Source of the DNA: a virus
Direction: 5' to 3' (one strand)
Length of the DNA: 64,000 nucleotides
Virus record (IMG/VR): IMGVR_UViG_3300031951_000028
Of this stretch, positions 39,501 to 49,166 are shown one piece after another. Position 1 is the stretch's first letter, and each line of letters begins with the position of its first letter. A program made the position numbers and the translations under genes. Below the pieces are notes generated by a model that saw only the letters and a program-made list of their open reading frames with translations, did not search any database and was not told the origin of the DNA.

Positions 39501-42500
39501 CGGCGAATTGTGAACCAGTAGCTATACCACCGCCAATATTAGCAATTACAGATCCTGCTCCAGATATATATTGGTTTTCTGATGATGCTAGCACTGAACC
39601 AAGTGTAGTTGCTGCTAAACCACCTATGCCAACTTTTTGTAATCTGGCTTGTCTACGCAATTCCATACCTTGTCTTTTTTTCGCAACCGCTTTGGCTTGG
39701 CTTCTAGCTTGTTTCCTAGTTTTTTTATCGCCTTCTCCACTAGATAAAAATTCTAATGCGGCCTGCTCTTCGGCTATATCGCTATCGCTAAGTTTTTCTG
39801 ACATAACTCCAGACTTAATAGCCGCCCCAGCTCTTAATAAAGCGCCTCTAATCCTTCCAGGTTTTTTATTTTTTGAACTTCTTATATCATCTAGACTAGC
39901 CATACTATTAAAGATTGGAGATGAACTAGCTCTAACATCCGCGTATGGATCGTCGGCTAATGCAGCTCTTTTTGCTGTTGTACCGCTTTGATCTTCTATT
40001 TTACTTAATTGCTCTGCAGCTTTTGCAGCTTTTTCTTGCGAAATAGTTGTTGTTTTTGTTTGTTCAGATAGAACTTGGAAAAATTTTGTAGTATCCGCAC
40101 TTACACCTTGTAATTTAGATAAAGATATAGTGCCTTTTTGTACAGCGCTGGCAAACTCTTTAATATTATTAATGCCTGCTTTATTTAGTTCAGACCTGTT
40201 TGCTTTAAAAATTTGAGCAATATTATTTCTTAAATCTTCATTCCCGCCACCAATAACATTATTATTAGCGTCTCTTTGTATAGGAGCTAATTGAGATCTT
40301 AGCATATTTAATTTGCCTTGATCCATATCACTAACTTGTTGAGCTGCTATACTTGCAGATCTTGCTTCGTCTTCAGCATTAGCTAATTGGCCAGCATCTA
40401 AATAAGATTGAGCTCTTCCTGCGCTATAATCTCTGAAAGCTTCTGTTTTTTGCTTTCTTGTTAATGTATATGTATTTAGAAACTGTTGTCTGTTTAATAA
40501 TTTTTGTTCTTTTGCTTCTACATCAGATAACTGTTTTAATAATGGGGCTTTTTGTTGTTGATTGCGAACTTGTTGAAATGTACTATTTTTACCTGACGGA
40601 GGATTGGCTGCGTCTATAGCATCTATTTGCTGCTGCAAAGATTCTTTTTGCTTTCCTGTTTTAGATAGAGCTTTTTCTACTCTTTTTTTCTCTTCATTAT
40701 TAATAACATCTCTATTCAATGCTCCCATAGCTTTGTTAGCATTTATTGATGTGGCTCTTCTTTCACCTTCTTCTTTTACTAATCTAATGCCAAGTTCTGT
40801 GATTCTTTCTCTATTGCCTCTTATATTTGGATCTAGTTTTTCAGCTAGCCGTAAAGTTTTTTCTTCTATTGTATCATAAAAATCTAGGAATTTTTGTTCT
40901 GCTTTCGCTACTTTTTCTTTAGAAGCTCCGCTTGCTTTTAATTGTTCCGCCTCTTTTAATAAATTATCAGCTGCGAATCTTAAAGCTTGATTATATTTAC
41001 TTAAAGCTTTTGATTGACCTGTTGTAATACTAGTTGTTAAATTTTCTACTGCTTTACCAAACTCTTTATTAGTTTCTAGAAATGTAGCTATTCCTTCAAT
41101 TCTTGGAATTTGGCTAACATCTTCCATAGCTCTTTTAGCATACTTTTCTCTTTCTGGTTGAAAATAACTTCCATAGTCTTTCACTGTTGCTTTATCTATA
41201 TTTAAAGCATGCGCCATTTCATGAGGAATTGTGTTATTATCCTCATAATAAAATTTATTTTTTTTGTTAAGGCCTATAGCATTACCATTTCTTACTGCGT
41301 AACCGACTCTATTTTGTGGTTTTGTGGCTACTTCTGCTGCGGGGATTGCGGCTATGCCAGCGGCCATCATATTCATTTCATCAATATTTGGCACCTTCCT
41401 ACCAGTAGTTAAGAGGCTCATCATATTTTTGAAAAGGCCGCCCTTAGCCATTCTTCTAACTCTACCACCCCTTAACATATTTGAGGCTCTCTTATTTAAT
41501 ACATAAGAGCCTTCTGCTAAGAATGTTGGAAAGCTATCTGTATTTCCAGAACCTGGAACTGTTTTTAATCCTTGTCTATTTAATCTCTCTAAATTAGGAA
41601 GTCCTATTTGCTTAACTTCTTCTGGACTAAATACAATTTCTCCAGGCATGAGCATTGCATTAACATAGCCGCCGCGAGCGTAGCCCATATAATCATCATC
41701 ATCACCATAATCAACCGTTCTTCTTTTCCTTTTAGTTTTATTATAAATTTCATCTACCATATCTGATGGCACAACAGGAGGTCTACCTAGAAATTTATCC
41801 ATAAAAGGAATAGCGCTAACTACACCTGCCTGCCTGCGTGTAATTAAATCACTTGGGTTCTGCCCTCTCAAAATTGAAGCAGTTCCTTGAAGCACATTAT
41901 ATGCTTTTGGTGCTAAAATACTACCAACACCAGCAGCAAAACCAATTTGAAGTGTTGGGCTTAAAGTATCTATTAAAAATGTAACTGCTTGTGTTACACT
42001 TCTAATTTGATCAAGCATTATTTTAAAACCACTGCTCTCAGCAATTTTTGTACCGAAAGCTGCTAAATCCTGTCCTATTTTTGTTATTTTGACAGATAAG
42101 GATTCTGATGCTAATTCTGCATCTTTAGCTAAAGAATTATCGCCTTTTCTTGCTTCAGCTAGCGCTTCATAAGCATCTGCTACACCAGTAATAAGAGGTA
42201 TGGCAATTTTAGCTTGTCTTACGCCACCACCGATAGCATTAGCTACTTCAATATATGTCGCAGTATTAGAACCTACATCTTGTAATGCTTTATTTAATTT
42301 AAGGGCCGCTTCTAATGTTCCAATAAATTCTCCTCTAGTATCTCTAAGAGAGAGATTTGCCCCTAATATTTCTTGTACTTTTTTTTCAACTGATGGGTCT
42401 TGTAATCTATTTATGACAGTTCTTAAACCAGTAGATATAACAGTATCTGGCAAACGTGTTGTGCTACGAATACTGGTGGTTATTGCAGCAAATTTTCTTA

Positions 42501-43419
42501 ATGTGTCTAAATTTTTATTAGCGTTAGTTGATTTACCTAAACCTAAAGCATCTTCACTTAAAATACCTTCTGAAGCAGCAAAAACACCACCAGCGCTTTT
42601 AATACCTTCAATAATGTTACTGGCTTCAACAGCATATTTTTTAGATAGAGTATTTAATGTACTTAAAAATTTATCTACGTTTTTAGTAGAGCCATTTACA
42701 TCTAATAATCTAAATTGTGAAATAGCAGACACAACACCTTCAGTAGTTTTTTCTAAATTACCGAATGTAGGCACTAATTGGGTATTAGCTAAACTCTTCA
42801 TTAATCCTTGAATAGTTTTTAATCCAAAACCTGCCTGTGCTAAAGTATCTGAAGCTTCAAGCAAATCAGTTGATGCGACACCAACATTACGACTTAATTG
42901 AATAATACTAGATGAAAATCTATTAACTTCTGCTGCAGTATTACCAGTAATCTGTTGCAACTTAATTTGAGCACTATTAATTTTAATAATAGCATCAAAA
43001 CCATAATCAATAGCCTGAACAATTTTCTGAACGCCTGCAGAAGCAATAGCGAATTTAGCAAATTGCGCAAATCTTGTGCTAATACCTCCGACAAACGAGT
43101 CAAATAAGTTAACTGTTTTATTTAACTTCTTTGTTTCTTTTTCTATTTCAGATGTAAAACTTCTATAACTAGAAATAGCTTTTTGAGTATTTCTTTCAAT
43201 AGAAGATGACATTCCTTTTCCAAGATTTTCAGTCTCTCTAACAGCCTCTCTAATTTTATTTTTAATAGGGTCAATAGACTGAGCATTAACCCCTCTAACT
43301 GCCAAATCAACAGGAATAGAGCCGCCCAACTCTTTACGAATTTGAGCGGCTATCGCTGAGACACCTTTGTTCGGACTGAAGTTTAATTCAACTTGCCCGC
43401 GCAGTTTAAAATCGGCCAT
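36592..43419 (-). CDS. tail tape measure protein
   Basis: 2275 aa helical Ala/Gln/Lys-rich protein; TP901-type core (LLEASDTLAQAG, ISTGLRTVINRL); ARGG..PGE and VPGSGNTDS motifs; Gly-rich hydrophobic segment. Confidence 0.9.
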   Translation of the reverse strand: MADFKLRGQVELNFSPNKGVSAIAAQIRKELGGSIPVDLAVRGVNAQSIDPIKNKIREAVRETENLGKGMSSSIERNTQKAISSYRSFTSEIEKETKKLNKTVNLFDSFVGGISTRFAQFAKFAIASAGVQKIVQAIDYGFDAIIKINSAQIKLQQITGNTAAEVNRFSSSIIQLSRNVGVASTDLLEASDTLAQAGFGLKTIQGLMKSLANTQLVPTFGNLEKTTEGVVSAISQFRLLDVNGSTKNVDKFLSTLNTLSKKYAVEASNIIEGIKSAGGVFAASEGILSEDALGLGKSTNANKNLDTLRKFAAITTSIRSTTRLPDTVISTGLRTVINRLQDPSVEKKVQEILGANLSLRDTRGEFIGTLEAALKLNKALQDVGSNTATYIEVANAIGGGVRQAKIAIPLITGVADAYEALAEARKGDNSLAKDAELASESLSVKITKIGQDLAAFGTKIAESSGFKIMLDQIRSVTQAVTFLIDTLSPTLQIGFAAGVGSILAPKAYNVLQGTASILRGQNPSDLITRRQAGVVSAIPFMDKFLGRPPVVPSDMVDEIYNKTKRKRRTVDYGDDDDYMGYARGGYVNAMLMPGEIVFSPEEVKQIGLPNLERLNRQGLKTVPGSGNTDSFPTFLAEGSYVLNKRASNMLRGGRVRRMAKGGLFKNMMSLLTTGRKVPNIDEMNMMAAGIAAIPAAEVATKPQNRVGYAVRNGNAIGLNKKNKFYYEDNNTIPHEMAHALNIDKATVKDYGSYFQPEREKYAKRAMEDVSQIPRIEGIATFLETNKEFGKAVENLTTSITTGQSKALSKYNQALRFAADNLLKEAEQLKASGASKEKVAKAEQKFLDFYDTIEEKTLRLAEKLDPNIRGNRERITELGIRLVKEEGERRATSINANKAMGALNRDVINNEEKKRVEKALSKTGKQKESLQQQIDAIDAANPPSGKNSTFQQVRNQQQKAPLLKQLSDVEAKEQKLLNRQQFLNTYTLTRKQKTEAFRDYSAGRAQSYLDAGQLANAEDEARSASIAAQQVSDMDQGKLNMLRSQLAPIQRDANNNVIGGGNEDLRNNIAQIFKANRSELNKAGINNIKEFASAVQKGTISLSKLQGVSADTTKFFQVLSEQTKTTTISQEKAAKAAEQLSKIEDQSGTTAKRAALADDPYADVRASSSPIFNSMASLDDIRSSKNKKPGRIRGALLRAGAAIKSGVMSEKLSDSDIAEEQAALEFLSSGEGDKKTRKQARSQAKAVAKKRQGMELRRQARLQKVGIGGLAATTLGSVLASSENQYISGAGSVIANIGGGIATGSQFAGIPGAIAGGIAGAGISIFELRNQAIKRQQDLQKTQLADQITTSVKDRNYGGLQKQFDNFSRSGSANNYKETFGFDIGIPGASYDKNQLQQALLNTGQLGADLSFTTKNDVLDDTGIAIQQVKDFVNPLSGSTYTTAFSNLTGVGRGKSYSDRALERYYESRDEDIGIAKQITGDYIGKLDEQLPELTRQADVDRNEIALLRKKRFTQGSASFSVRDQERLKKAEERVGSVDKLQLQSEFFGNIGTEGVAAFDAFRSQAENQELSTDELIKKFTSREDEFDFFDPSTGKTKKIKRQRYNKYADTFDSTKKELENRNNLGLKQLDIDNQLKQSSDKVQDLTEQEFYNRKSIAPKIQAITDASSFNIANFQEQAQARRTGDLTSAGRATNIAQVLGNRGGYDQATKDKAQEQLKSVFGKGSRVAKLADEVGTVQDFGQNFNDLVQKEIGTSGRDVTSASKKVLENFISRNLENDSTKAQKLREGFSQTILGNTSTNEDVVADKLRVGDFQKVIDDTVSEDQGTVLQAAQAADQLTGQRVQLMNQYSDARLTARKNRFNPVRQSAQFRDQYASLSGATATDLAARQVDLKNQEVRNLVGVNKSTGQDYSVQELTDRKSKLEERRNELDINNKNAQQEMANLTTEIKAVDAAMNVLSTNTADAALALTKFEERLRARAVDRKGALEFALGSDQQREQIQKRQQALKALETGQINYSQLTEEERGSLSAAIENERQKDPKKAEELEKQVLLGTADARGDASLQQFQAGGNISNLSDIDRGEIKKRLEEQLANAEQSGDSRQARKARRALDKFGKATERLGVDTSGYEFEGKKISELALRTDEVAATAPEKDQLEKALKTNEEAAQYFNDQDKQVITDISNAFNSLNESVQQLGKIDFGSINFEPAIAAAQTFEKAASLLASAKVNIEGNVTVTGAVTGGGGGGANDAVLASVQSVVDKALSDFATANNMNYSKLS

Positions 43420-43439
43420 TATTTTTTACAACCTTATAA

Positions 43440-44132
43440 CTAAGTTGCGACAGTTTCTGCGGTAACTACTACAGGATTATCATTTTCATCAAGGAATGGT
43501 TTAAACTCTTCTGGTTTAGGAGCGTCTACAGGAGTTAAATCTTTATTATAAAACCCGTATTTAACTAAGAATTCATTCTCAGGTAAAGTAGAAAAGAAAT
43601 TACCTCTATCTGGATATAGTATTTCTACCATGGATGAAGCAGCCTTCTCTAATAACTCACTATCAGTGCAGTTCTCCCAATCTTGATATGTATTAAATAC
43701 TTTCTTGCCTTCGGCATCAAATAAGCATGAATAAACTAAGAAATTAAACTTAGCATCTTCAGCCACGCTTTCTGCAGTCAAATCATCATATTTTGTTCTA
43801 TAGCTAATCAAGCCATAAAGTTGCAATCTTAAAAGCTGCGCCTTTTCTGCACGCTCCTTCATCTCTTTAAGTTTAATTCCGCCAGTCTTTAAAGGCCTGA
43901 TAAGCTCATCAATTTCATTACGCAGCTTATCCATCTTATCATAATCTTCTTGAGATAATAGTCCTAACTCTTTAAGCTTATCATCTAACCTATCTCTAGG
44001 CACGCTATCATTCTTAAGAGCTTTGTTATACTCAGTCATATATATCTTTTTGGCCGCGCTCTCAATATTAATAGTCGGCTCTATGACTTTGTAAGACTTG
44101 CTATTCAACTCAAAAGTTTTTGTAGTATTCAT
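43440..44132 (-). CDS. putative tail assembly chaperone (short paralog)
   Basis: Between tail tube and tape measure; similar to 44438..45394. Confidence 0.55.
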   Translation of the reverse strand: MNTTKTFELNSKSYKVIEPTINIESAAKKIYMTEYNKALKNDSVPRDRLDDKLKELGLLSQEDYDKMDKLRNEIDELIRPLKTGGIKLKEMKERAEKAQLLRLQLYGLISYRTKYDDLTAESVAEDAKFNFLVYSCLFDAEGKKVFNTYQDWENCTDSELLEKAASSMVEILYPDRGNFFSTLPENEFLVKYGFYNKDLTPVDAPKPEEFKPFLDENDNPVVVTAETVAT

Positions 44133-44133
44133 C

Positions 44134-44457
44134 CTATTGATCCTCTTTTCTTAAATTAAAATCATAACTAAAATTTGCATGTTCAATAATAAAATAGCTA
44201 AACTCTTTTTCTACTAAAGAAATCCTGCTATTGCCTAAATCTAATATTTTTGTTCTAGTGACTTGCCAAGCATCTCGCATCTTTTTTTGATTCTCGGTCA
44301 ACTCATCATAATCTTTGCCATGTCCCCATAAAAATCCAAAATTATCTTCTATGGCGGCTAGCGCTCCTATCATTATAGTTTGCGCTTGTTTTTCTGTATA
44401 ATTAAAAAGACTCCGCTTAGCTTGCTGAGCGTATCTTTCATTTCTTTGTCTTTTCAT
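44134..44457 (-). CDS. hypothetical protein in tail operon
   Basis: Coupled ORF; TIMIGAL..FGFLWG. Confidence 0.6.
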   Translation of the reverse strand: MKRQRNERYAQQAKRSLFNYTEKQAQTIMIGALAAIEDNFGFLWGHGKDYDELTENQKKMRDAWQVTRTKILDLGNSRISLVEKEFSYFIIEHANFSYDFNLRKEDQ

Positions 44458-45394
44458 TTAATTTTCCTAAAAAGTTTTTGGCAACCATTTTATTTGCCTG
44501 ATTATTCATATTATTAATTCTCTTGGCGTCGTCCGAATCTTTAGCAACAACAAATATATTACCGCCCTTTACGCCAGATCTATCTAATTGTTTGTCTATA
44601 TCTCTTTTAGCTATATCGCCGTCACGCTTTCTACTATTATTGATTAACCAACCATCTAATAAATCTGAATCGTCTAATACTTCTTTATCTGGACAATTTG
44701 GATTTTGTTGAATCGCATCAAACATTTTAGAAGTATTAATAATAGTTATTTGTTCTTCATTCAATGAATTGGCGGCACGATTAAACAAGTTATCTTTGCA
44801 TCCCCAATATAAAGACCATTCTTGATGCCTTGCTATTTTTCTATAAAAATCACTAGGTATCTGGTCAAAATTATTATACACCTTATTAACAAAAACATAT
44901 GAATCAGTATTGATTTTTACCATGTTTTTATCATATAAACATTCAGATACAGTCCATAATTTAGTATTATAATCTGCCCATGCATCAGCAGTAATATTAT
45001 AATAAGTATTCTTTTTACTTAATAATTTAGATAACTTTTTCCGCATGGCGTCTATAGTCTTTTTTAAGACCTTCATACTAAATTCAGATTTTTGCTGATA
45101 TGCGAAAAGATAATCAACCTTAATATCATCTATTTTTGCCGGCAATTGATCTATCTCGTCTAATTCATTATTTGTAACCATCTTTTTAGATAGAGCTAAA
45201 TCATAAGAATCTTCTAAAGTTATAAAACTATTAGCCAATCCTTCAAAATACTTCTCTTCATAAAAAAACTCCGCCTGGTGCAGTAAATCTACACAAGGCG
45301 GAGTATATATCACAAATTCATCGTTTAGTTTTAAATATGCTTTTCCTGAAAGCAAACGATAAATATATTTTTTTATCCTAGTATCATCAAACAT
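44438..45394 (-). CDS. putative tail assembly chaperone (long paralog)
   Basis: Directly after tail tube gene; shares motifs with 43440..44132. Confidence 0.55.
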   Translation of the reverse strand: MFDDTRIKKYIYRLLSGKAYLKLNDEFVIYTPPCVDLLHQAEFFYEEKYFEGLANSFITLEDSYDLALSKKMVTNNELDEIDQLPAKIDDIKVDYLFAYQQKSEFSMKVLKKTIDAMRKKLSKLLSKKNTYYNITADAWADYNTKLWTVSECLYDKNMVKINTDSYVFVNKVYNNFDQIPSDFYRKIARHQEWSLYWGCKDNLFNRAANSLNEEQITIINTSKMFDAIQQNPNCPDKEVLDDSDLLDGWLINNSRKRDGDIAKRDIDKQLDRSGVKGGNIFVVAKDSDDAKRINNMNNQANKMVAKNFLGKLNEKTKK

Positions 45395-45396
45395 TA

Positions 45397-46545
45397 TTAT
45401 AGCAAGAAGCTTGCTCGGTTAGTCCACCAAGTAGAACCTGAACTATGAGGATCAGCATCATGGATGACAGTAAAGTCATTGAAAGTTCTAAAAGTGTAAC
45501 TTACATTGACTGAACCACCACCAGCATCACCGCCTGAATAATTCAATGATTGAAGCTTATTCTTTTTACCAAGGTAAATTCTAGTACCTTCGCAAGAAGC
45601 TATACGGATAGTATGATTCTTCAAATTCATATCGCCATTCCAGCAAGCGCTGTTACCAGTATTAAGAATACCATTTGCGGTAGCAGACACCAAACCGTGT
45701 GAGCGAGGTACAACCTGAATTTCAGTAGTGACTTCAACTGGGAACTGAATATAACGACAAACAGGTTCTAGAGTACCTAACTGGTCAGTTCGTTCACGAG
45801 TAACGTTAGCTGAAACAGTAATACTTTGAACATTAGATTCATAAGCATTGTCTACGAACTCATTAGTGCCTGAATTGCTAATACCATCAACTATACTTGG
45901 GAGAATAGTTGCATCTGGTTCAGCAACTTGTCCATTAGAATCCAAGCTAGCGGCATCATAAGCGAATATCAAATGTTGCTTACGATTAACACCATCAGGA
46001 GGATCTTGAACGCCAGTAAACTGACCATTAACAGTAATACCAGTAGAACGAGCTTGATCAGTGGCATTAAGAATATTAGCATCATTTGATACTAAAATAT
46101 CATTACCAATGAAACCAATACTTTCACGGAAAGCATCTCCAACACTAAAAGTATAAGAAATGTTCTGATAATACATACCAGTCATCTGAACGGTAAATTC
46201 AGGAACGCCGCTAGCAGCATCATTAGTTGAATCAAAAATAGATAAAGCCAATGAGCAACGAGCATTTGCGCGACCTGCTAAAGTTGGGGTGGTCGCGTCA
46301 CGGGTGGCAAGATGATAAATCAAAGGATTGCCATCTAATACTTTGTCTACAGTAACATTAGTATCTGGCAAGTCTTCTAACTGCTGATAAACTTCTAGTT
46401 TACCTAATTCGAATATTTCCTGCAATGGAACATCTAAACCTAGTGATAAGGTTTGGGCGCCTTTTACTGCAGTATATGTGCTGCTGCCTTCTCGTGCAAT
46501 AGCTAATTGCTGGACAGCGAAATAAATACGATCACAACGAGCCAT
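45397..46545 (-). CDS. putative major tail tube protein
   Basis: Position upstream of chaperones and TMP; GGAG RBS; own promoter motif; IFELGKLE and TDQLGTLEP tube-like segments. Confidence 0.7.
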   Translation of the reverse strand: MARCDRIYFAVQQLAIAREGSSTYTAVKGAQTLSLGLDVPLQEIFELGKLEVYQQLEDLPDTNVTVDKVLDGNPLIYHLATRDATTPTLAGRANARCSLALSIFDSTNDAASGVPEFTVQMTGMYYQNISYTFSVGDAFRESIGFIGNDILVSNDANILNATDQARSTGITVNGQFTGVQDPPDGVNRKQHLIFAYDAASLDSNGQVAEPDATILPSIVDGISNSGTNEFVDNAYESNVQSITVSANVTRERTDQLGTLEPVCRYIQFPVEVTTEIQVVPRSHGLVSATANGILNTGNSACWNGDMNLKNHTIRIASCEGTRIYLGKKNKLQSLNYSGGDAGGGSVNVSYTFRTFNDFTVIHDADPHSSGSTWWTNRASFLL

Positions 46546-46574
46546 TATTATTTCTCCAAAAAAAAAGTACTATG

Positions 46575-46585
46575 TATTATACACC
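46575..46585 (-). promoter_or_regulatory. candidate late promoter GGTGTATAATA
   Basis: Intergenic, ~30 nt upstream of tail tube ATG; same core at 53862 and 58328. Confidence 0.65.
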
Positions 46586-46592
46586 GGTTTTG

Positions 46593-47492
46593 CTATTTTG
46601 ATGGGTTAAATATCTCAAATCTTAACCTTACCCTACCAATGTATAAACCTGGGGTAGGACTTTCAAACGATGATGAACCAACATTAACTATTCTAGTGCA
46701 TTTCCAACCTGGTAAATCTGTGTATTGAGAGCCTGTCGGCACTCCATTGCAATTTAAGGGAAAAGCGCCGGAATCACTATTAAAAAGCGTAAAACTTTTA
46801 TCATTTTGTAGTGTTAAAATAGATACAATTTTATCTCTTAAATGTGGATTTTCTGTAACTATATTAAATACTATGTCTTGGTAAACCCAATGGGCGCTAC
46901 TGCCTAGCTGTGCCCCCTCTTGATATGAGGAAGATGTCTCTAAAACTATAGCTGGAGGTTGCACTCCATATTGTCTTAATAAATTATAAACTTCCTCATT
47001 AGATGGGGTGGTTTCTCCATTATACATACTATCTATTAATTTAAACCACCACTCTCCAGCCCCTTCCATATATACTTGCATTATTCTAAAAGAATATGAG
47101 GCTGTAATATTTCCAGATGTAATTGTACTACTTCTAACTTGTCCTAATGGATAATTGATCTCAAAATTATCTCCTGTATCTAGCACATTATTTACATAAA
47201 TTTGTGGCTCTATTGGCTGTCCACTGTTGTATGTAACTTCTTCCCAAACCCAATCTTTTCTAGGAGCGGCCCAAATTTTATATCCAACTCCCACAGGAAG
47301 ATCCACAGCAGTAAGATTGTAATAGTTTGTCCCACAGTCATTATTAACCCCAGTTTCCACGTCTTCCCACGCGCCTATTTTAAGAAACGCGTAGTCCAGC
47401 CATGCTTTAATGTTACGCTGCAACTCAGTAGCAAAATCTACTGAGGAAAAATCGGTTATATTATTAAAATCCCAATTATCGCAGCAACTCAT
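46593..47492 (-). CDS. putative tail terminator/neck protein
   Basis: Position before tail tube; QPPAIVLE...GAQLG. Confidence 0.55.
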   Translation of the reverse strand: MSCCDNWDFNNITDFSSVDFATELQRNIKAWLDYAFLKIGAWEDVETGVNNDCGTNYYNLTAVDLPVGVGYKIWAAPRKDWVWEEVTYNSGQPIEPQIYVNNVLDTGDNFEINYPLGQVRSSTITSGNITASYSFRIMQVYMEGAGEWWFKLIDSMYNGETTPSNEEVYNLLRQYGVQPPAIVLETSSSYQEGAQLGSSAHWVYQDIVFNIVTENPHLRDKIVSILTLQNDKSFTLFNSDSGAFPLNCNGVPTGSQYTDLPGWKCTRIVNVGSSSFESPTPGLYIGRVRLRFEIFNPSK

Positions 47493-48181
47493 AGTTTATT
47501 TACTTTTGTTTTATTGATAATAATATCTAAAACTCTATCTTGAAAAGCGGCGCTTTCTAAAATATTATCAACAAAATTAACTTTGCCAACCGCTGGCATA
47601 GTCCAACTTTTACTTTTAGATGGCCTCATTATTAAACCACCTACGCCAGATCTAGCATTTTTACGTCTTACGCCGTCAACATGCTCCACAGTCCAGTTAC
47701 TAATAGTAATTGAATTTGCCTCTAATAATAGCCATTCCAGCCAATTGATTTCAGTGGCAGTGCCAAATCTTTTGCTGCGCCTATCATTATTAACAGATAT
47801 ATATTTAGACAGGGGTAAATTTAATACATCGCTATAATCTGAGCGTATAGCACCAATATTAATTACCATATCTAAATCTTTACCACTAGGACTTCTATCT
47901 TCTAGTGTTACTTTAATACCTTTTTGCCAAGTGTCTAATATATCATTTAAGCCTTGGTTTACTATATCATTACTTAAGCCTAAATGAGCCCTTAAATCAT
48001 TTTTACCACTAGTGGTTAATGATTGCCAAGTTTCTGTATTTCTAACAAAACTTGTAAATAGCTCGCCTACAGCTACAGTAACTGGATATATTATTTTAGA
48101 CAAAATGCGCCATACTTTTATCTTTACAGCGCGTGTCATCTCTATTTCATTTACATCAAATATTACTCTTGCATTTATCAT
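47489..48181 (-). CDS. putative neck/tail completion protein
   Basis: Position; INWLEWLL and RSG..LIM motifs. Confidence 0.5.
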   Translation of the reverse strand: MINARVIFDVNEIEMTRAVKIKVWRILSKIIYPVTVAVGELFTSFVRNTETWQSLTTSGKNDLRAHLGLSNDIVNQGLNDILDTWQKGIKVTLEDRSPSGKDLDMVINIGAIRSDYSDVLNLPLSKYISVNNDRRSKRFGTATEINWLEWLLLEANSITISNWTVEHVDGVRRKNARSGVGGLIMRPSKSKSWTMPAVGKVNFVDNILESAAFQDRVLDIIINKTKVNKL

Positions 48182-48621
48182 TGCTTAATCCAAATAATAG
48201 AGTAATATTCATAACCGGGTCCAAAACCGCATGGCTCAGGCACGCTATCTCTTCTATAAGATACACCATCTATTTTGATTTTTCCGATTTTTATTAGCTT
48301 TTCTTTATTTTCTAAATTAACTACAGTTCGTACAAAACTTTCATTAATTAAAGCTTGGTTCTTAAAAACATAAGCTTTTTCATTATAGAATACTGCTAAG
48401 TCCAGTGTTTCTTCTACTGTGGTAATATCACAAGCTGTTTGATTAATCTGCCCCGGTATACCATATTTATTAATCCCGGCAGTATTACAATTATTGTATA
48501 CAGGAATTTCATAAATCAATGTAACTGGGCGCACGCACCCGCAAGAACCATCTAAAATAGATGATATCTGTTCAAGCCATTTCTCTTTTAATTTTTTTAT
48601 AGCTCTATCTAGTGGGCGCAT
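48178..48621 (-). CDS. putative head-tail joining protein
   Basis: Position; PEPCGFG motif. Confidence 0.45.
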   Translation of the reverse strand: MRPLDRAIKKLKEKWLEQISSILDGSCGCVRPVTLIYEIPVYNNCNTAGINKYGIPGQINQTACDITTVEETLDLAVFYNEKAYVFKNQALINESFVRTVVNLENKEKLIKIGKIKIDGVSYRRDSVPEPCGFGPGYEYYSIIWIKQ

Positions 48622-49159
48622 TGATCAACTCGTCTCTATAAGCTCTACCTAAATAATAAGTTTTATCATCTATTGTTTGAGCTATTTCTTTAATTACCAT
48701 CATAGTTTCTTCGTTATTAGGAAATTTAATACCTCTTTTGACAGCTGTTTTTAAAGGGCTTAAGGCAGCTTCAGTATCTAACTCTTTTAAAGTTTTCCAT
48801 ACTTTTGGATAACCAGCAAAGATTTCTTCATCACTTTTCCCCACTGCGTCTTCACGTCTTTTCCCCATTGGTAATAAAATACAAATTTCATAAGATGTCG
48901 AAACATATTCATATATGCCACGACTATTTTTACGCCATTCTGGATGATTGCTATTGATAACAAGTAATTCTAATTGGCTTATTCGCTTTTCTTGCTCTTC
49001 TGCCATCTTTTTATACTTGTCTCTTTCCATAGCATCAAATTCACGACGGTCTTTTCTCTCAGAATCTTGTACTTCTTTACGATATTTAAGAAAAGTAATT
49101 AAACCACCACCAAGAATAAAGGTGATGAATGGCATTATATAATCTTGAATATCGCCCAT
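48605..49159 (-). CDS. membrane-anchored PAS-domain protein
   Basis: N-terminal TM, coiled coil, then WRKNSRGIYEYVS..YE..G..REDAVGKSDEEIF (PAS_4-like). Confidence 0.7.
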   Translation of the reverse strand: MGDIQDYIMPFITFILGGGLITFLKYRKEVQDSERKDRREFDAMERDKYKKMAEEQEKRISQLELLVINSNHPEWRKNSRGIYEYVSTSYEICILLPMGKRREDAVGKSDEEIFAGYPKVWKTLKELDTEAALSPLKTAVKRGIKFPNNEETMMVIKEIAQTIDDKTYYLGRAYRDELINAPTR

Positions 49160-49166
49160 ATTAACC

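Noticed and set aside
37172-42811. Plus-strand ORFs inside the tape measure gene
   Set aside because: Antisense shadows with no recognisable motifs
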